Source of the DNA: Octopus sinensis
Taxonomy: Eukaryota
Assembly: GCF_006345805.1 (NCBI RefSeq)
Contig: NC_042998.1
Span: forward strand, 38,874,001 to 38,938,000
Length of the DNA: 64,000 nucleotides
Direction of reading: 5' to 3'
Part shown: positions 50,791 through 62,500 of the stretch, piece after piece
Numbering within the stretch: position 1 is the first letter of the stretch
How the letters are laid out: the number at the start of each line of letters is the position of its first letter
The notes under the pieces: generated by a model
Told to the model about the DNA's origin: nothing
The model's input: the letters and a program-made list of their open reading frames with translations, nothing else
Databases searched by the model: none
Made by a program: the position numbers and the translations under genes

Positions 50791-52539
50791 TTCATATATT
50801 AATTATACATACATAAACATAGACATAGACGAATGGATTACCTGGTATTGCTATTATTGTTTCATTGGGAATATTTATTGTGGCAAAAGCATAATGCTAT
50901 TAATTAGATAATTATGTTACAAAGCTCTCAATTTGTTTTGCCACTAAATCAACAAGTGATTAGTGACTTGATTAATGAACAAATCATCAACAAATGAAAT
51001 TTCTAAACAAAATTACCTACGTTTATGAAATCGGTGTATTTTTAGCCTGTCAATCTAGAGAGGTAGGCAGGGGTGGAAGTTTGTGAACATAAGGACAGTT
51101 AAAGGCATTAATATCCATAAAAACTCATTAAGTCTAGCAACCTTACCAACAAAAGCCAGTAATGGCAAAATTAACTCAAACACAGCAGATAGTCGGCGCT
51201 AAAAAAATGACATTTGACTCTATCGAAAATGTTGCAATACATCCGCCGGCGCTGCTCTAAAACCCTTCGTTTTACTACTTTACTGTAAATTTAGTGTTAG
51301 CTGTTCTTACAGTTAATCGTGACAAAAGTGTTCTGAAAACATATTGCCAAAATCAGTAGAATATTAGCATATCTTCATGGAGATTCTGATAATTATAATA
51401 TAAAGAGAATAACGTAAGGCATAATCTGCTGACTGGCGAAGTTTAATGCGAAAATTCATATGGATATGGAAGGAAAAGAAAGACAGGAAGAAGAGGATAG
51501 AAACAAAGCAAAAAGAAAGCACTTAGAGAGAAGGTTGTCCATAAACTGACAAGAAGACGGTTTGGGCATAAAGAAGAAAACAGTGTGCAGCCTAGACTAA
51601 TGAAAGTGCACCATAGAGTAATGGAAGAATGGAATAGGCAAGGCAAGAAGAGACACGTGGAACAGAAAGTCGTTGAAGAGATTACAGAATGTGTGACGAA
51701 AGTACTTCGACAACTAAACTAAGAAGAAGAAGAAGAAGAAAGAGCACTCAGAGAGCGGAAACCTCCGCCAATGCAACACCAACGTCCTCTCAACGATTAG
51801 CCAGATATGATTTTTTAAATGAGAATACCTGAAAAATAAACTCGCCTGCTCTCACAAACGAGAATACTAAAAATGAACCCGACCGTTTTCAAAATTTAAA
51901 TAAAGAAACAGGAAAAATAATCCGGAATCCTCGTCCAGTACCGGATCGATCCCAAAATCTAATCAGGTCGTGCCAATCATGAGGCCAAACATCCCTGAAA
52001 GTTTCATCCGAATCCATCCAGTGGTTCTTGAGATATCTTGTCCATTGACAAACAAACCCAATTGAAAACAATGCCTCCACCTTCACTAAGGCGGAGATAA
52101 TAAAGCTGAAGTGTACATCAAATGGTATGTGTGTTTAATTGGCAAAAGATGACCATCTCCAAGTATAGCAATATTAGTTTCAGCATGCGATTTTACATCA
52201 AGAAACTTGCAAAACAAATGCATATGCATATACATATTACAATGTCAACCAGACCAACAGATTCTGTTGTACACCACTCGTCACAATGCACTTCCAATTT
52301 TGTCTGGATTGCGCCAGTCTTTTCCATCTTGACCCAAATTGCTTGACTAAATCATCTTCCTATGGTCAAATCACTTGTTGATTTGGTGGCCAAACGAATT
52401 GGGAGCTTTGTAACATAATTACCTGATTAATAGCATTATGCTTTTGTCACAATAAATATTTCCAATGAAACAATAATAGCAATACCAGGTAATCCATTCG
52501 TCTATGTATATGTTTATGTATGTATAATTAATATATGAA

Positions 52540-52585
<46 letters not shown>

Positions 52586-52647
52586 GAATGCTATAGATTT
52601 GTATTGAGTCCTGTAATTTCTCATTTCTCATGAATCAATACATACAT
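50679..52647. repeat. ~280-bp inverted duplication (50679-50961 / 52369-52647)
   Basis: Arms highly similar including the internal (TA)n; right copy flanked by a 33-bp direct repeat (52336-52368 / 52648-52680). Confidence 0.92.
51738..52101. mobile_element. HINE/DINE-1-like non-autonomous element (Helentron-associated type)
   Basis: Subterminal inverted motif ACCTCCGCC / GGCGGAGAT, terminal hairpin CTCCACCTT..AAGGCGGAG, AAAGTTTCATCCGAATCC core and (ACAA)n. Confidence 0.55.
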
Positions 52648-53250
52648 AAATTGCTCGACTAAATCATCTTCCTATGGTCATGGAGGCCTTCCAAGCGACA
52701 GTTTCCGATCTCTTGGGTACCACTCAGCAACTGCACGGGTCCATTTGTTGTCTGTAAACCTCGCAACATGTCTGACCCAGTGGAACTTGTGACTTTGGTA
52801 TTCTGCAATCACATCGTTCACTCCGCTCCATTCTCGAATGATCTCATTTCGAATCTATTCTCGTAATGATAAACCAAGCACGGATTTTTCCATGGCCAAT
52901 CATTGTAGCCAATCAATGTTCTATCCTCTTCGTAGTGACCACATCTCCCTTGTGTATGAGGGTGCAGGTAGGACAGAGCTATTGAAGAGTCTGGCACATA
53001 TGGTTTTGTCTTTGTTTTGAGCCCATCCTTTATTGATGGTAAATACCTTCCATCCTGCCCTTATTCTGTCTGAGATTTCAGCATCCATATCTGGACATAT
53101 ATTCACTATGTACCCTAATTAGACATACTCCTTTTTTCTCCTCGATTTCACCTCTATTCGACCTTGAGCTACGTCTTCCGACTTCATGTATTCTATTTCC
53201 ATGCAGTTCATTTTAAGGCCTACTGCCAAGCTCTGAGTGTTCAAGTATGT
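52270..53250 (-). mobile_element. RTE-clade LINE 3' remnant, interrupted at 52369-52647
   Basis: EYV*LG..DAEISDRIRAGW..LFNSSVLPA.SY..EMW; KFHWVRHVARFTDNKWTRAVAEWYPRD..GRPP. Confidence 0.85.
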
Positions 53251-54856
53251 CAGCCTATACAAATACTTATGCGTGTGTGTGTGTATTGTTAACATTGCCT
53301 GTTTTACGTCGACAGACTTTTCAATTCAATACGGTCCGTTTTAAATTTACGAAGAGTTTTCTCATCTAACCATGCGGCGCACGTTATGTACAGCTTAATG
53401 GGTTGTGTGACTCAATAAAGGTTAGAACTTTTGTGCGCATCCTATATTCTGTACAGAATTATCTCATGGAATGTTATATTGAGTTATTGAATAATATTTA
53501 CCATCAAAATACCTGGTTTGTTGTGAGTTTTCAACTACATTTTTTTTAAAACAATACTAGCAATGCTGCTGTATTCTGAATTTAAATGTGTTGATATATA
53601 ATGAATTTGACTTAAGCCAGGACAATAGGAAGTCAACAGACATTACCTGTTTCCCTTCTACGTAATATCATTTATTCGAAGCAATACAAAATGAAGTTAT
53701 CTCTCTTTTCCGTTTCTTCTTTCGGCTAAACGATTTATCATCAGAGGAAACTTGCACCAGAAATCTCCAGTAGAAAATTTAAGTGTCCATTTGTAACTAA
53801 TAGTTTTATATTGAAAAAACACTAAATCAAATTTCCTTGAAACACTGTCTGATATCCTTAGTTCATATTTCAGTGTCGTAAATCTTGTAATGTTCTTTCC
53901 GTTTGTTTCAGTTACGTATTTAATATATTGAAATTTACGTGGTGAACTCTGTTTAATCGTTTTCCTTTTGTGCTGTTAGAGATAAGATCCCGGGAAATCA
54001 AGTCATTTAAAGACACAACGGAAATGCTTTGTTTCTAACTTAATTATATAAAAAAAATATATAAGAAATGTTATCATCGCATCCAATTAGTATTGGAATT
54101 AGTTCTTGAACGGTATTTCATGAAATACCCTGTTGAGTAACTGTTCACTCTAGAAATATATATTGTTTATATAATTGCTAGTAATAGATAACAATGATCT
54201 AAACGATAAATATGGAGTATATAATTAACTGCTACTTTAAAGATAGAACGATTATACTAAGGAGGTTGCTGTCTGCACACCGTATTTCGCAGAGAGAATA
54301 CGAGTAGTCGAGCTAACTAGATTTGGAGCGCTGTACCAAAGCTTAAGCGGCAATCTCAAGATTGCATCTCGTATTACTGAGAAAACACTTATAAGCCTGA
54401 ACATATAACTTTGAGTGATTAGACAACAAAAAGACATTTAGACAGAATAATGGGAATCTGGTGTTATTGTATTATTAACAACTACTAGGGAATCATTGAT
54501 GCAGTTCGCTGACAGTCAACATGTTCATTTAACAACTTAGCAAAACACTGTAAAATAGATATAATAACTTTGAAAAGATCAGTTTTCTGTTCAATGAATA
54601 ACCTATTTCGTGGGTTGTTTCAAGAACATCATATCAAAGTATCGCAAATTCATGTTTTTTTCAAACGTTGTTTGCATTTTGAAAACACACGCATACGTAC
54701 GCAAAGAGAAACATATGGTATACGTGTGTGTTGGTTTATGTGTGTGTATGTATGTATGTATGTATGTATGTATATATGTGTGTGTGTGTGTGTGTGTGTA
54801 TTAGAAATATTGAATTTCTAATTGTCTCAGAGAGACATGAGCGGTGGTGGGGCGAT

Positions 54857-55123
54857 AGAGTGGTTGTATACTGTCAATTTAACGTGACAGCCCCGTAAAG
54901 GGAATCACACCACCGCTATTTAGCCCTAGGAATCATCGACGCTTCTTGTCGGCTAAGTGCAAGCCCTAGCTGGCGGGGGTGTTTGCCTCCCCTTCGCAAA
55001 AATAAGGACACAGGGAATGTGTCAAAGCCGACAGGAAGCGTCGATGCTTCCTAGGGCTAAATAGCGGTGGTGTGATTCCCTTTACGGGACTCTCACGTTA
55101 AGTTGACAGTATACAACCACTCT
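54857..55123. repeat. Fold-back element: 98-bp inverted arms, 71-bp spacer (MITE-like)
   Basis: 54857-54954 is the near-exact reverse complement of 55026-55123. Confidence 0.9.
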
Positions 55124-55171
55124 CTCTCTCTCTCTCTCACTCTCTCTTTCTATATATATATATATATATAT

Positions 55172-55345
55172 AGTTAATCCAAACAAGAAAGCACAAAAAA
55201 ACACAACAACGCGAGGACTTGGAACAAATATAGTATTATTGGACGCTCGGGAAAGAAGGAAACATAAGAGAAGGAAAGATCCAGAGAAGGGAAGACAGAG
55301 GGAAAAAAAATCGCCAACGGTACACACGGGGTCACATTTTGAAAG
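55172..55345 (-). mobile_element. Repeat family E copy lacking the HHR segment
   Basis: Collinear with 23895-24108 apart from a ~40-bp deletion; flanked by (TA)n. Confidence 0.8.
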
Positions 55346-55370
55346 ACCTTTATATATATATATATTGTAG

Positions 55371-55501
55371 GGCAAAGAGGAAGGTAATGGATCAACAAAC
55401 CTCAGACCCCTGCAAACATTCATTTGGTTCTGTTTCTTAATGGATGTTTGCAGGGCTCTGAGGTTTGTTGATTGATTATCTTCTCCGTTTTCTTCTTTGC
55501 C
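55371..55501 (+). other. Compact hairpin (46-bp stem, 14-nt loop), candidate structured RNA
   Basis: 55379-55424 pairs with 55439-55484 with 4 G-U pairs and 2 mismatches on the + strand. Confidence 0.5.
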
Positions 55502-55711
55502 TCATAAAGTCTGGGTAGATTTCTGTTTTACCCCCACTCATGCCTATTGTTCAATTGCGCAGCTGCCCTACAACAGTAAGCATTTGGATATAAATACATA
55601 GGTATACATCCTGCAGTATATTGGATCTTTATTATGCCTTAGATGGTTGTTTAACCTTTAACCTCTAACTCATACAGACGTATGTATATACATATATATA
55701 TATATACATAC

Positions 55712-55743
<32 letters not shown>

Positions 55744-55772
55744 GATAGATAGATAGATAGATAGATATATAG

Positions 55773-55815
<43 letters not shown>

Positions 55816-55910
55816 TATATATATATAGAGAGATATATATATAGATATATATATATATATAGATAGATATATATATATATAGAGATATATATATATATAT
55901 AGATATATAT

Positions 55911-55987
<77 letters not shown>

Positions 55988-55990
<3 letters not shown>

Positions 55991-56102
55991 AATATAAGGG
56001 TAAATAATTATTAATTTAAAAATTAATAAATTTTAGCATGTAGTTTCGGTATGTAAAGAGAACCATTATCGGTAGGAACTTTAACAAAACGTTTTATATA
56101 TA

Positions 56103-56165
<63 letters not shown>

Positions 56166-56482
56166 TGTGTGTGTGTGTGGAGGCGCAATGGCCTAGTGGT
56201 TAGGGCAACGGACCTACGATCGTAGGATCGCGGTTTCGATTCCCGGGCCGGGCGTTGTGAGTGTTTATTGACCGAAAACACCCAAAAGGTCCACGAAGCT
56301 CCGGTAGGGGATGGTGGCGATCCCTGCTGTACTCTTTCGCCACAACTTTCTCTCACTCTTTCTTCTGTTGGCCTGCTCGCTTAGCCTGCGGGGTGGCGTT
56401 ATTTGAAGGCTAAAAAACGATGCGAAGCGCATTGTGACCTGCGATGTGTAGCAACATCTGATAGCCTGGTCGGTCACGGTGA

Positions 56483-56513
<31 letters not shown>

Positions 56514-57025
56514 AAGGGTTAAGCAACAAGTTGCTTCACCACATACCGAAAATTTAGAAATAGCAGCCAAAGACAGCTTATTCCTTTTTACTACAGATAT
56601 TACTCCACAGATAACAATATTTGTAACTCACATAGGCAAAAGGAGAAAATTAACGAAATCAAACAGTCTTCGATTAATTGTGGACGCGTTTCCGAGTTAG
56701 AATTATACAAATTCCTGTTTCCGGGTATAATTCTAACTCGGAAACGCATCCACAATTAATCGAAGACTGTGTGATTTCGTTATTTTTCTTCTTTTGCCTA
56801 TGTGAGTTACAAATATTGTTATCTGTTGAGTAATATCTGTAGTAAAAAGGAATAATCTGTCTTTGGCTGCTATTTCTAAATTTTCGGTATGTGGTGAAGC
56901 AACTTGTTGCTTAACCCTTAAGAACTTTTTGTAAAAGTGCCTACCGATAATGGTTCTCTTTACATACCGAAACTACTTGGTAAAATTTATTAATTTTTAA
57001 ATTAATAATTATTTACCCTTATATT

Positions 57026-57028
<3 letters not shown>
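55988..57028. mobile_element. Fold-back palindrome of repeat family F (~300-bp arms), left arm split by microsatellites and a SINE
   Basis: 56512-56708 / 56725-56921 inverted, continued by 55988-56093 / 56922-57028; homologous to 27420-27723. Confidence 0.9.
56179..56485 (+). mobile_element. tRNA-derived SINE family C, full length
   Basis: A box TGGCCTAGTGG, B box GTTTCGATTCC; head and body shared with 59195-59362. Confidence 0.9.
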
Positions 57029-57068
<40 letters not shown>

Positions 57069-57152
57069 AGGTCCCGGGTCGATTCGGGGTTAACCACAGT
57101 AAATAAGGTACTCAATACATAGCAGAGTAAAATTAATTTATTATATAGAAGG

Positions 57153-57203
57153 AGCTTCTACAGGACTAGAACTGTTTCATTCAAGAGAAATCATCAGGAA
57201 GCT
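57153..57203 (-). ncRNA. Type I hammerhead ribozyme, near canonical
   Basis: AGCUUC-CUGAUGA-U-UUC-UCUU-GAA-U-GAA-ACAG-UUCUAGUC-CUGU-A-GAAGCU: 6-bp stem I, 4-bp stem III, GUA site. Confidence 0.8.
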
Positions 57204-57414
57204 AGTTAACAAGAATTGTTTTGGCATTTATACATTTAGGCAGGTTTAAAGGGGTAGTGGTGGTGGGGGACTTTTTGGGGGTAGGCATAGCGCAAAAATA
57301 TCATACTTAGGGGAGTGGTCAAGGAGTCAGTGGTAAAGTAGATAAAAGAATAAATAAAAGAATAAAAAAAATAAATAGAAGAATAGAGTGTTAGGTAAAT
57401 AAGGAGACTCTCAC

Positions 57415-57471
57415 TTATACATATACACATATGTATATATATACACACCACACACACATATACATACACAC

Positions 57472-57515
<44 letters not shown>

Positions 57516-57635
57516 ATATACACACACGCCCACACATACATATACATACAAATATATACATACACACACATACACATACACACATACACACACATATATA
57601 CATACACACATACACACACATTTCCATATATACAC

Positions 57636-57691
<56 letters not shown>

Positions 57692-58284
57692 GTGTACCTA
57701 TACATACCTACACATACACACATATACATACACATACAAACCCATTCCCTTATTTTAATTTTATTATTATTTTCATTTATTACTTTTGTTATCTTTGACC
57801 GCGGTCACAAGCATCTTGGCTATCGTCCCCCTGGGGACGACAGCAAGTCCATTTATCTTTCTACTCGAACACAAGCACTCACTCACGCACGCACGCTCAT
57901 TCGCACGCACACACATTCATTCGTACACTCATATACATACACGCACGCACGCGTTATATTCATACATACATACATCTACATACATTCACATATATACACA
58001 TACGTACGCTGGTAAAACTGTTAAAGACTTAGAACTGTTAAAAAATTTCATCTTACAACGTAATTTGGAAAGTTCGATACATAGATAGATAGATAGATAA
58101 ATAGATCAAAATAGACACTGACAGACAGACAGACAGTCAGATAGATGGATAGACAGACAGACAAATCGATCAAGATAGACACTGACAGACAAACAGATAG
58201 ATAGATATAGTTAGATCGAGATAGACAGACGCAGTCAGATAGATAGATCAAAACAGACAGGCAGTTTGGTAGACGGATGGATGA

Positions 58285-58361
<77 letters not shown>

Positions 58362-58400
58362 CTGACAGACAGTCAAATAGACAGACAGATAGATAGATAT
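57415..58400. repeat. Compound microsatellite region (TA/CA/TACA, then GATA/GACA)
   Basis: Direct simple repeats; source of several spurious ORFs. Confidence 0.95.
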
Positions 58401-58996
58401 AGTATATGCATATTTATTATTTACTTCAGGTATGCATAATTTATATAAATATGCATATTGTGTATATGTGTGTGTGTAAGTATGTATGAAATCTCAAAAA
58501 CTATGTAAATTAGCCCCAACCAAGAACATTAGAAAACAGATCACGCTTACAGACACACGCGCGCTCGTACACACACACGCCAAAATCGAAGACATTCTGA
58601 TTTCAGTTAACAATAGAACCATGGAACACTTGCAGCTTACAAAGAATGCATCGAGCAAAGAAAGCTGAACGAAGCATAAACTTGCATAAAATACTCGCAG
58701 AGAGAAACAGCAATTGCCTCGAAACGATACAATAAGATCCGTCATGCACTGCACCACTCCTGTATAGGCCTGTAATTACTTTAGAATATTCTATAAAGAA
58801 CGCCAAAGAATACACAACCCGTCGTCGTAGTTTATCGAAGAACAACGCCAACAGGCTTCCTCAGAAAACTAAAACATACCAAAGATGAAAGACTACTTGG
58901 AATTGCATCGACCATTATGTGCCACTGCAGCAAACTTCAACCTTCACTGTTTCTGCTGTCACTTTCAAGAATCCGAGCATCGATCATTACTACAGT

Positions 58997-59362
58997 CGTG
59001 GCAATCCGTCGGTTGCGACGACGAGGGTTCGAGTTGGTCCGATCGACGGAACAGCCTGCTCGTGAAATTAACGTGCAAGTGGCTGAGCACTCCACAGACA
59101 CGTCTACCCTTTACGTAGTTCTCGGAGAGATTCGGCGTGACACAGAGTGTGACAAGGCTGGCCCTTTGAAATACAGGCACAACAGAAACAGGAAAAAAGA
59201 GTGAGAGAAAGTTGTGGTGAAAAAATACAACAGGGTTCTCCACGAGCCCCTGCCGGAGCTTCGTGGCGCTTTAGGTGTTTCGCTCAATAAACACTCACAA
59301 CGCCCAGTCTGGGAATCAAAACCATGAATCCGATGCCGTAACCACTGGGCCATTGCGCCTCC
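58997..59362 (-). mobile_element. SINE family C with alternative 3' tail
   Basis: Head GGAGGCGCAATGGCCCAGTGG as at 56179; 3' part matches 4821-4948 rather than the 56370-56485 tail. Confidence 0.88.
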
Positions 59363-60066
59363 ATTACTACAGTACTGTACTTTAAATACACACTTTTCCA
59401 CTCAATTTGGACAAACAAAATAGATATTCTCAAAGATAGCTGCAGCATCATTAAACTCATTAACTTCTAAAAACTCTTCTAGGCTGCACACTACCAACAA
59501 TAAATAAAGAGGACCAGCAGATGCGCCGTGCTTTGACCAAGAGCCCCAAACGCGTCTCCACTATGGCTATTATTCCTATCTGCGGACGAACAGAAATATT
59601 CTGAACGGTAGATAGCGTCGAGTCAGCACTGCTCTTCACAGGGGTCACCATTATATAGTTGAATGAACACATACAATCCTCAGCCAGGCGGGAAAATACC
59701 ATAACTGGAACAGTGAATATTGTGATCCCCACTTATGCGTTTCGCCGACTATTGACATCCTGGCCTGATGCTTTGCGACAACGAGAAAAGCGTACAAGTG
59801 AGACACGTTTGTTCGAAAAATAGAGGCAATCCAGTCCGACGCAGAGATGATCAGATGTTTGAGATAAAGGATAAAAAGAAATACAGGTGACAGCAAGAAA
59901 ACTTGTTCAATACATTTGTAGATCTGTGGAAAGCTCTCGTCAGATAAATAAGAATATTCTGTTCCATGGATACTAATTCCACCTATTTATAGCCAAAGAG
60001 TTGTACATAAAAAAAATTTAATCATCAAAAGAACCTTTAATAAATAACAATATTGTTATCATAAGT

Positions 60067-60206
60067 TTAGACCTCCGGTGTTCTCGGCCCCCGGACCATG
60101 TCCCCGGATACCGCAATCGAGGCAGAGTGGCTGTTCCAGAGCATCTTTTTAGCTATACTCTGGGGAGACACCTTTTCCATTTTGTCTGCTGGGACCATGA
60201 AGCTGT
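60067..60206 (-). CDS. Candidate terminal coding exon, product unknown: xSFMVPADKMEKVSPQSIAKKMLWNSHSASIAVSGDMVRGPRTPEV*
   Basis: Acceptor ttctctcgattccctgtaattcag, open phase-1 frame to TAA, locally GC-rich, ATTAAA ~25 nt after the stop. Confidence 0.4.
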
Positions 60207-62377
60207 CTGAATTACAGGGAATCGAGAGAATGTAAGAATATCGTAGCATACGCAAACAATAAACTTATAAAGCTCTACTCAAATTAACTTAGCTTATCTG
60301 ACCTGGGAGCCAACCAAATAGTTTAAAAGGGTAGCCATTAGTAAGAGAGCTCGTGAATATGCCTGCATACTCCGAGTACCGCAGTAGACTTTGTAAGCAC
60401 TAAAAGAACCAAGAATGTAACAGAAACTCGATTCCCTGTTTAAAATATTTGTAGCTTTTATTCATCCTCATACTTTACCAAACCCTCAGTGGCCATTCTC
60501 CTCCACTGCAATCAAATGGAATTGGTTGTTTTGGACGAAAGGAATATTATAACTGGTTCTCTGGGTTTACTCACAGCGCTGCCAATTATGCGTATGCGAG
60601 AGAGAGAGGGAGGAAGATAGAGAGAGAAGAATCAGTATCGGCACTTATTTTGTAAACTCCAGATGGATGGAACCTTGTGTTAACCTCCACGGAATTTGAA
60701 CTCAAATTATAAGTAATTAGTATAAATATTCACAAGCTATGGGTCCTACACACTAATGATTCGGCTAATCAACCTTGCCCCTCCTCCCACCGGTAAAATA
60801 ATTGCACTAAATTAGCAACAGGATCAAGCAGTTTATTCCAATGCAGTATACACACACACACACATAAAGAGAGAAAAGAGAGAGAAAGCAAGATTGTGAA
60901 AGAGGGTCGTTGGAGGTGTTGATTATTGATTTGTTTAAATAGTTGCTTAATATCCAAATATTATGGTTAACAGATCTGGCGTTAGCCATATTATTTGCAT
61001 AATACGCTGCTGCATCATGAATTAAGCATTTTTCAACTTTGCATTCAATAACCAAGTGTATAACTGTCATAAACCTGAACCGATAATCGAAACAAGATAT
61101 TAATGTCCCCATCTGTGTGAGTGCAGACTTTAGCATACACATCAAACACACTTATATCTTAGAGACACTCGTGTAAATTTTTTGGCTCGTAATTAACTGA
61201 ATACGGGTAAGAACTTACTGTATTGCTAAAATCCAAGATCAAAAAACCATAATACAATATTTACAAGAACTCGAGAAAATCAAATGCTGATTACCATTCC
61301 ATAAAGTTGGATTAAACATTTACAAGTATATACAGAAAATATACTCAAGATTTCAGTTTTCTTCTTGTAAATATATCTGAGAAACTGAAAATATAATTCG
61401 ATCTGTTAATTTGATGGGCAATTAAATGGTTTCGATTTTATCGGAGATGGAAATATTTGTGTTTGTGATGTACATAGCTTTAAAAAAGCCAAACTAGTGT
61501 GAATGTAATAAACACGACTGCAACAAGCAGTTGAAATTTAGCGAAAATCTAGGTTCCTCTTAGCTTACATTTTACTCTAACACACTCACTATAATACAGA
61601 TAAAAATATTAGCCGTATAAATTTAGATCAGGAAAGTGATACAAAACATAGCTAACGGATTTATCTTTTAAATCTTTGAAATATTATATAATTACACGAC
61701 GGAATATTTCAGGTTAGTATTTCGACGTGTTTTACTCAACTTCTAATAGAAAGCATGTTACTTTAAAACAAGTTTGTTGGTTTTCTTACCATCAGTTATA
61801 ATCTGAACAGATAACATGTTCCATTTTATTTTAGTTGTATAATGTTATCGCTATAAAATAATTTAATAATCAAAATCTGGCTTAACTACACCTGGGGAAA
61901 CATCTGGTGTATAAGAAGTATACAAAAACAAAATGAAATTAATTAAAACATTTTATATCAAAGTAGATAGAGATTTTCTTATCACATAGCTATATCATAA
62001 CTGAAGGATGAAGAGGCTTATTGTAGAGATATGATCGGTTCTCAAGTGACATCTGGTATATTTTTATGCCAACTTAAGAAAATTATTTTTTCTTTATCTG
62101 TTAGTTTGCTGCAGATCCACCAGCCAATTTCCTGTTGATGTTTGATCGTTTTACAAAATTAAATATACAATGAATCAATAAGGCGGGTCACCCTGTTTTA
62201 CCTTGGAAGTAGGGGCATATGAATATATGAAGGGGGACCAACTGCAGCGCAGAGAATGTACAGATATAACTCACAATTACGTAAGATTTATAGATACGAA
62301 CATGTGGGAGGGGTGGGGGTCGAAATTATTGTAATATACAAATATACACACACATATATGTAGACATAGAATACCAT

Positions 62378-62425
62378 AGACAGACAGACAGACAGACAGA
62401 CAGATAGATAGATAGATAGATAGAT

Positions 62426-62500
<75 letters not shown>
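62378..62500. repeat. (GACA)n(GATA)n microsatellite
   Basis: Direct tetranucleotide run. Confidence 0.95.

Noticed and set aside
59460-59900. ORFs in a moderately GC-rich segment, possibly a retroelement ORF1 remnant
   Set aside because: No diagnostic motif or splice structure that I can support
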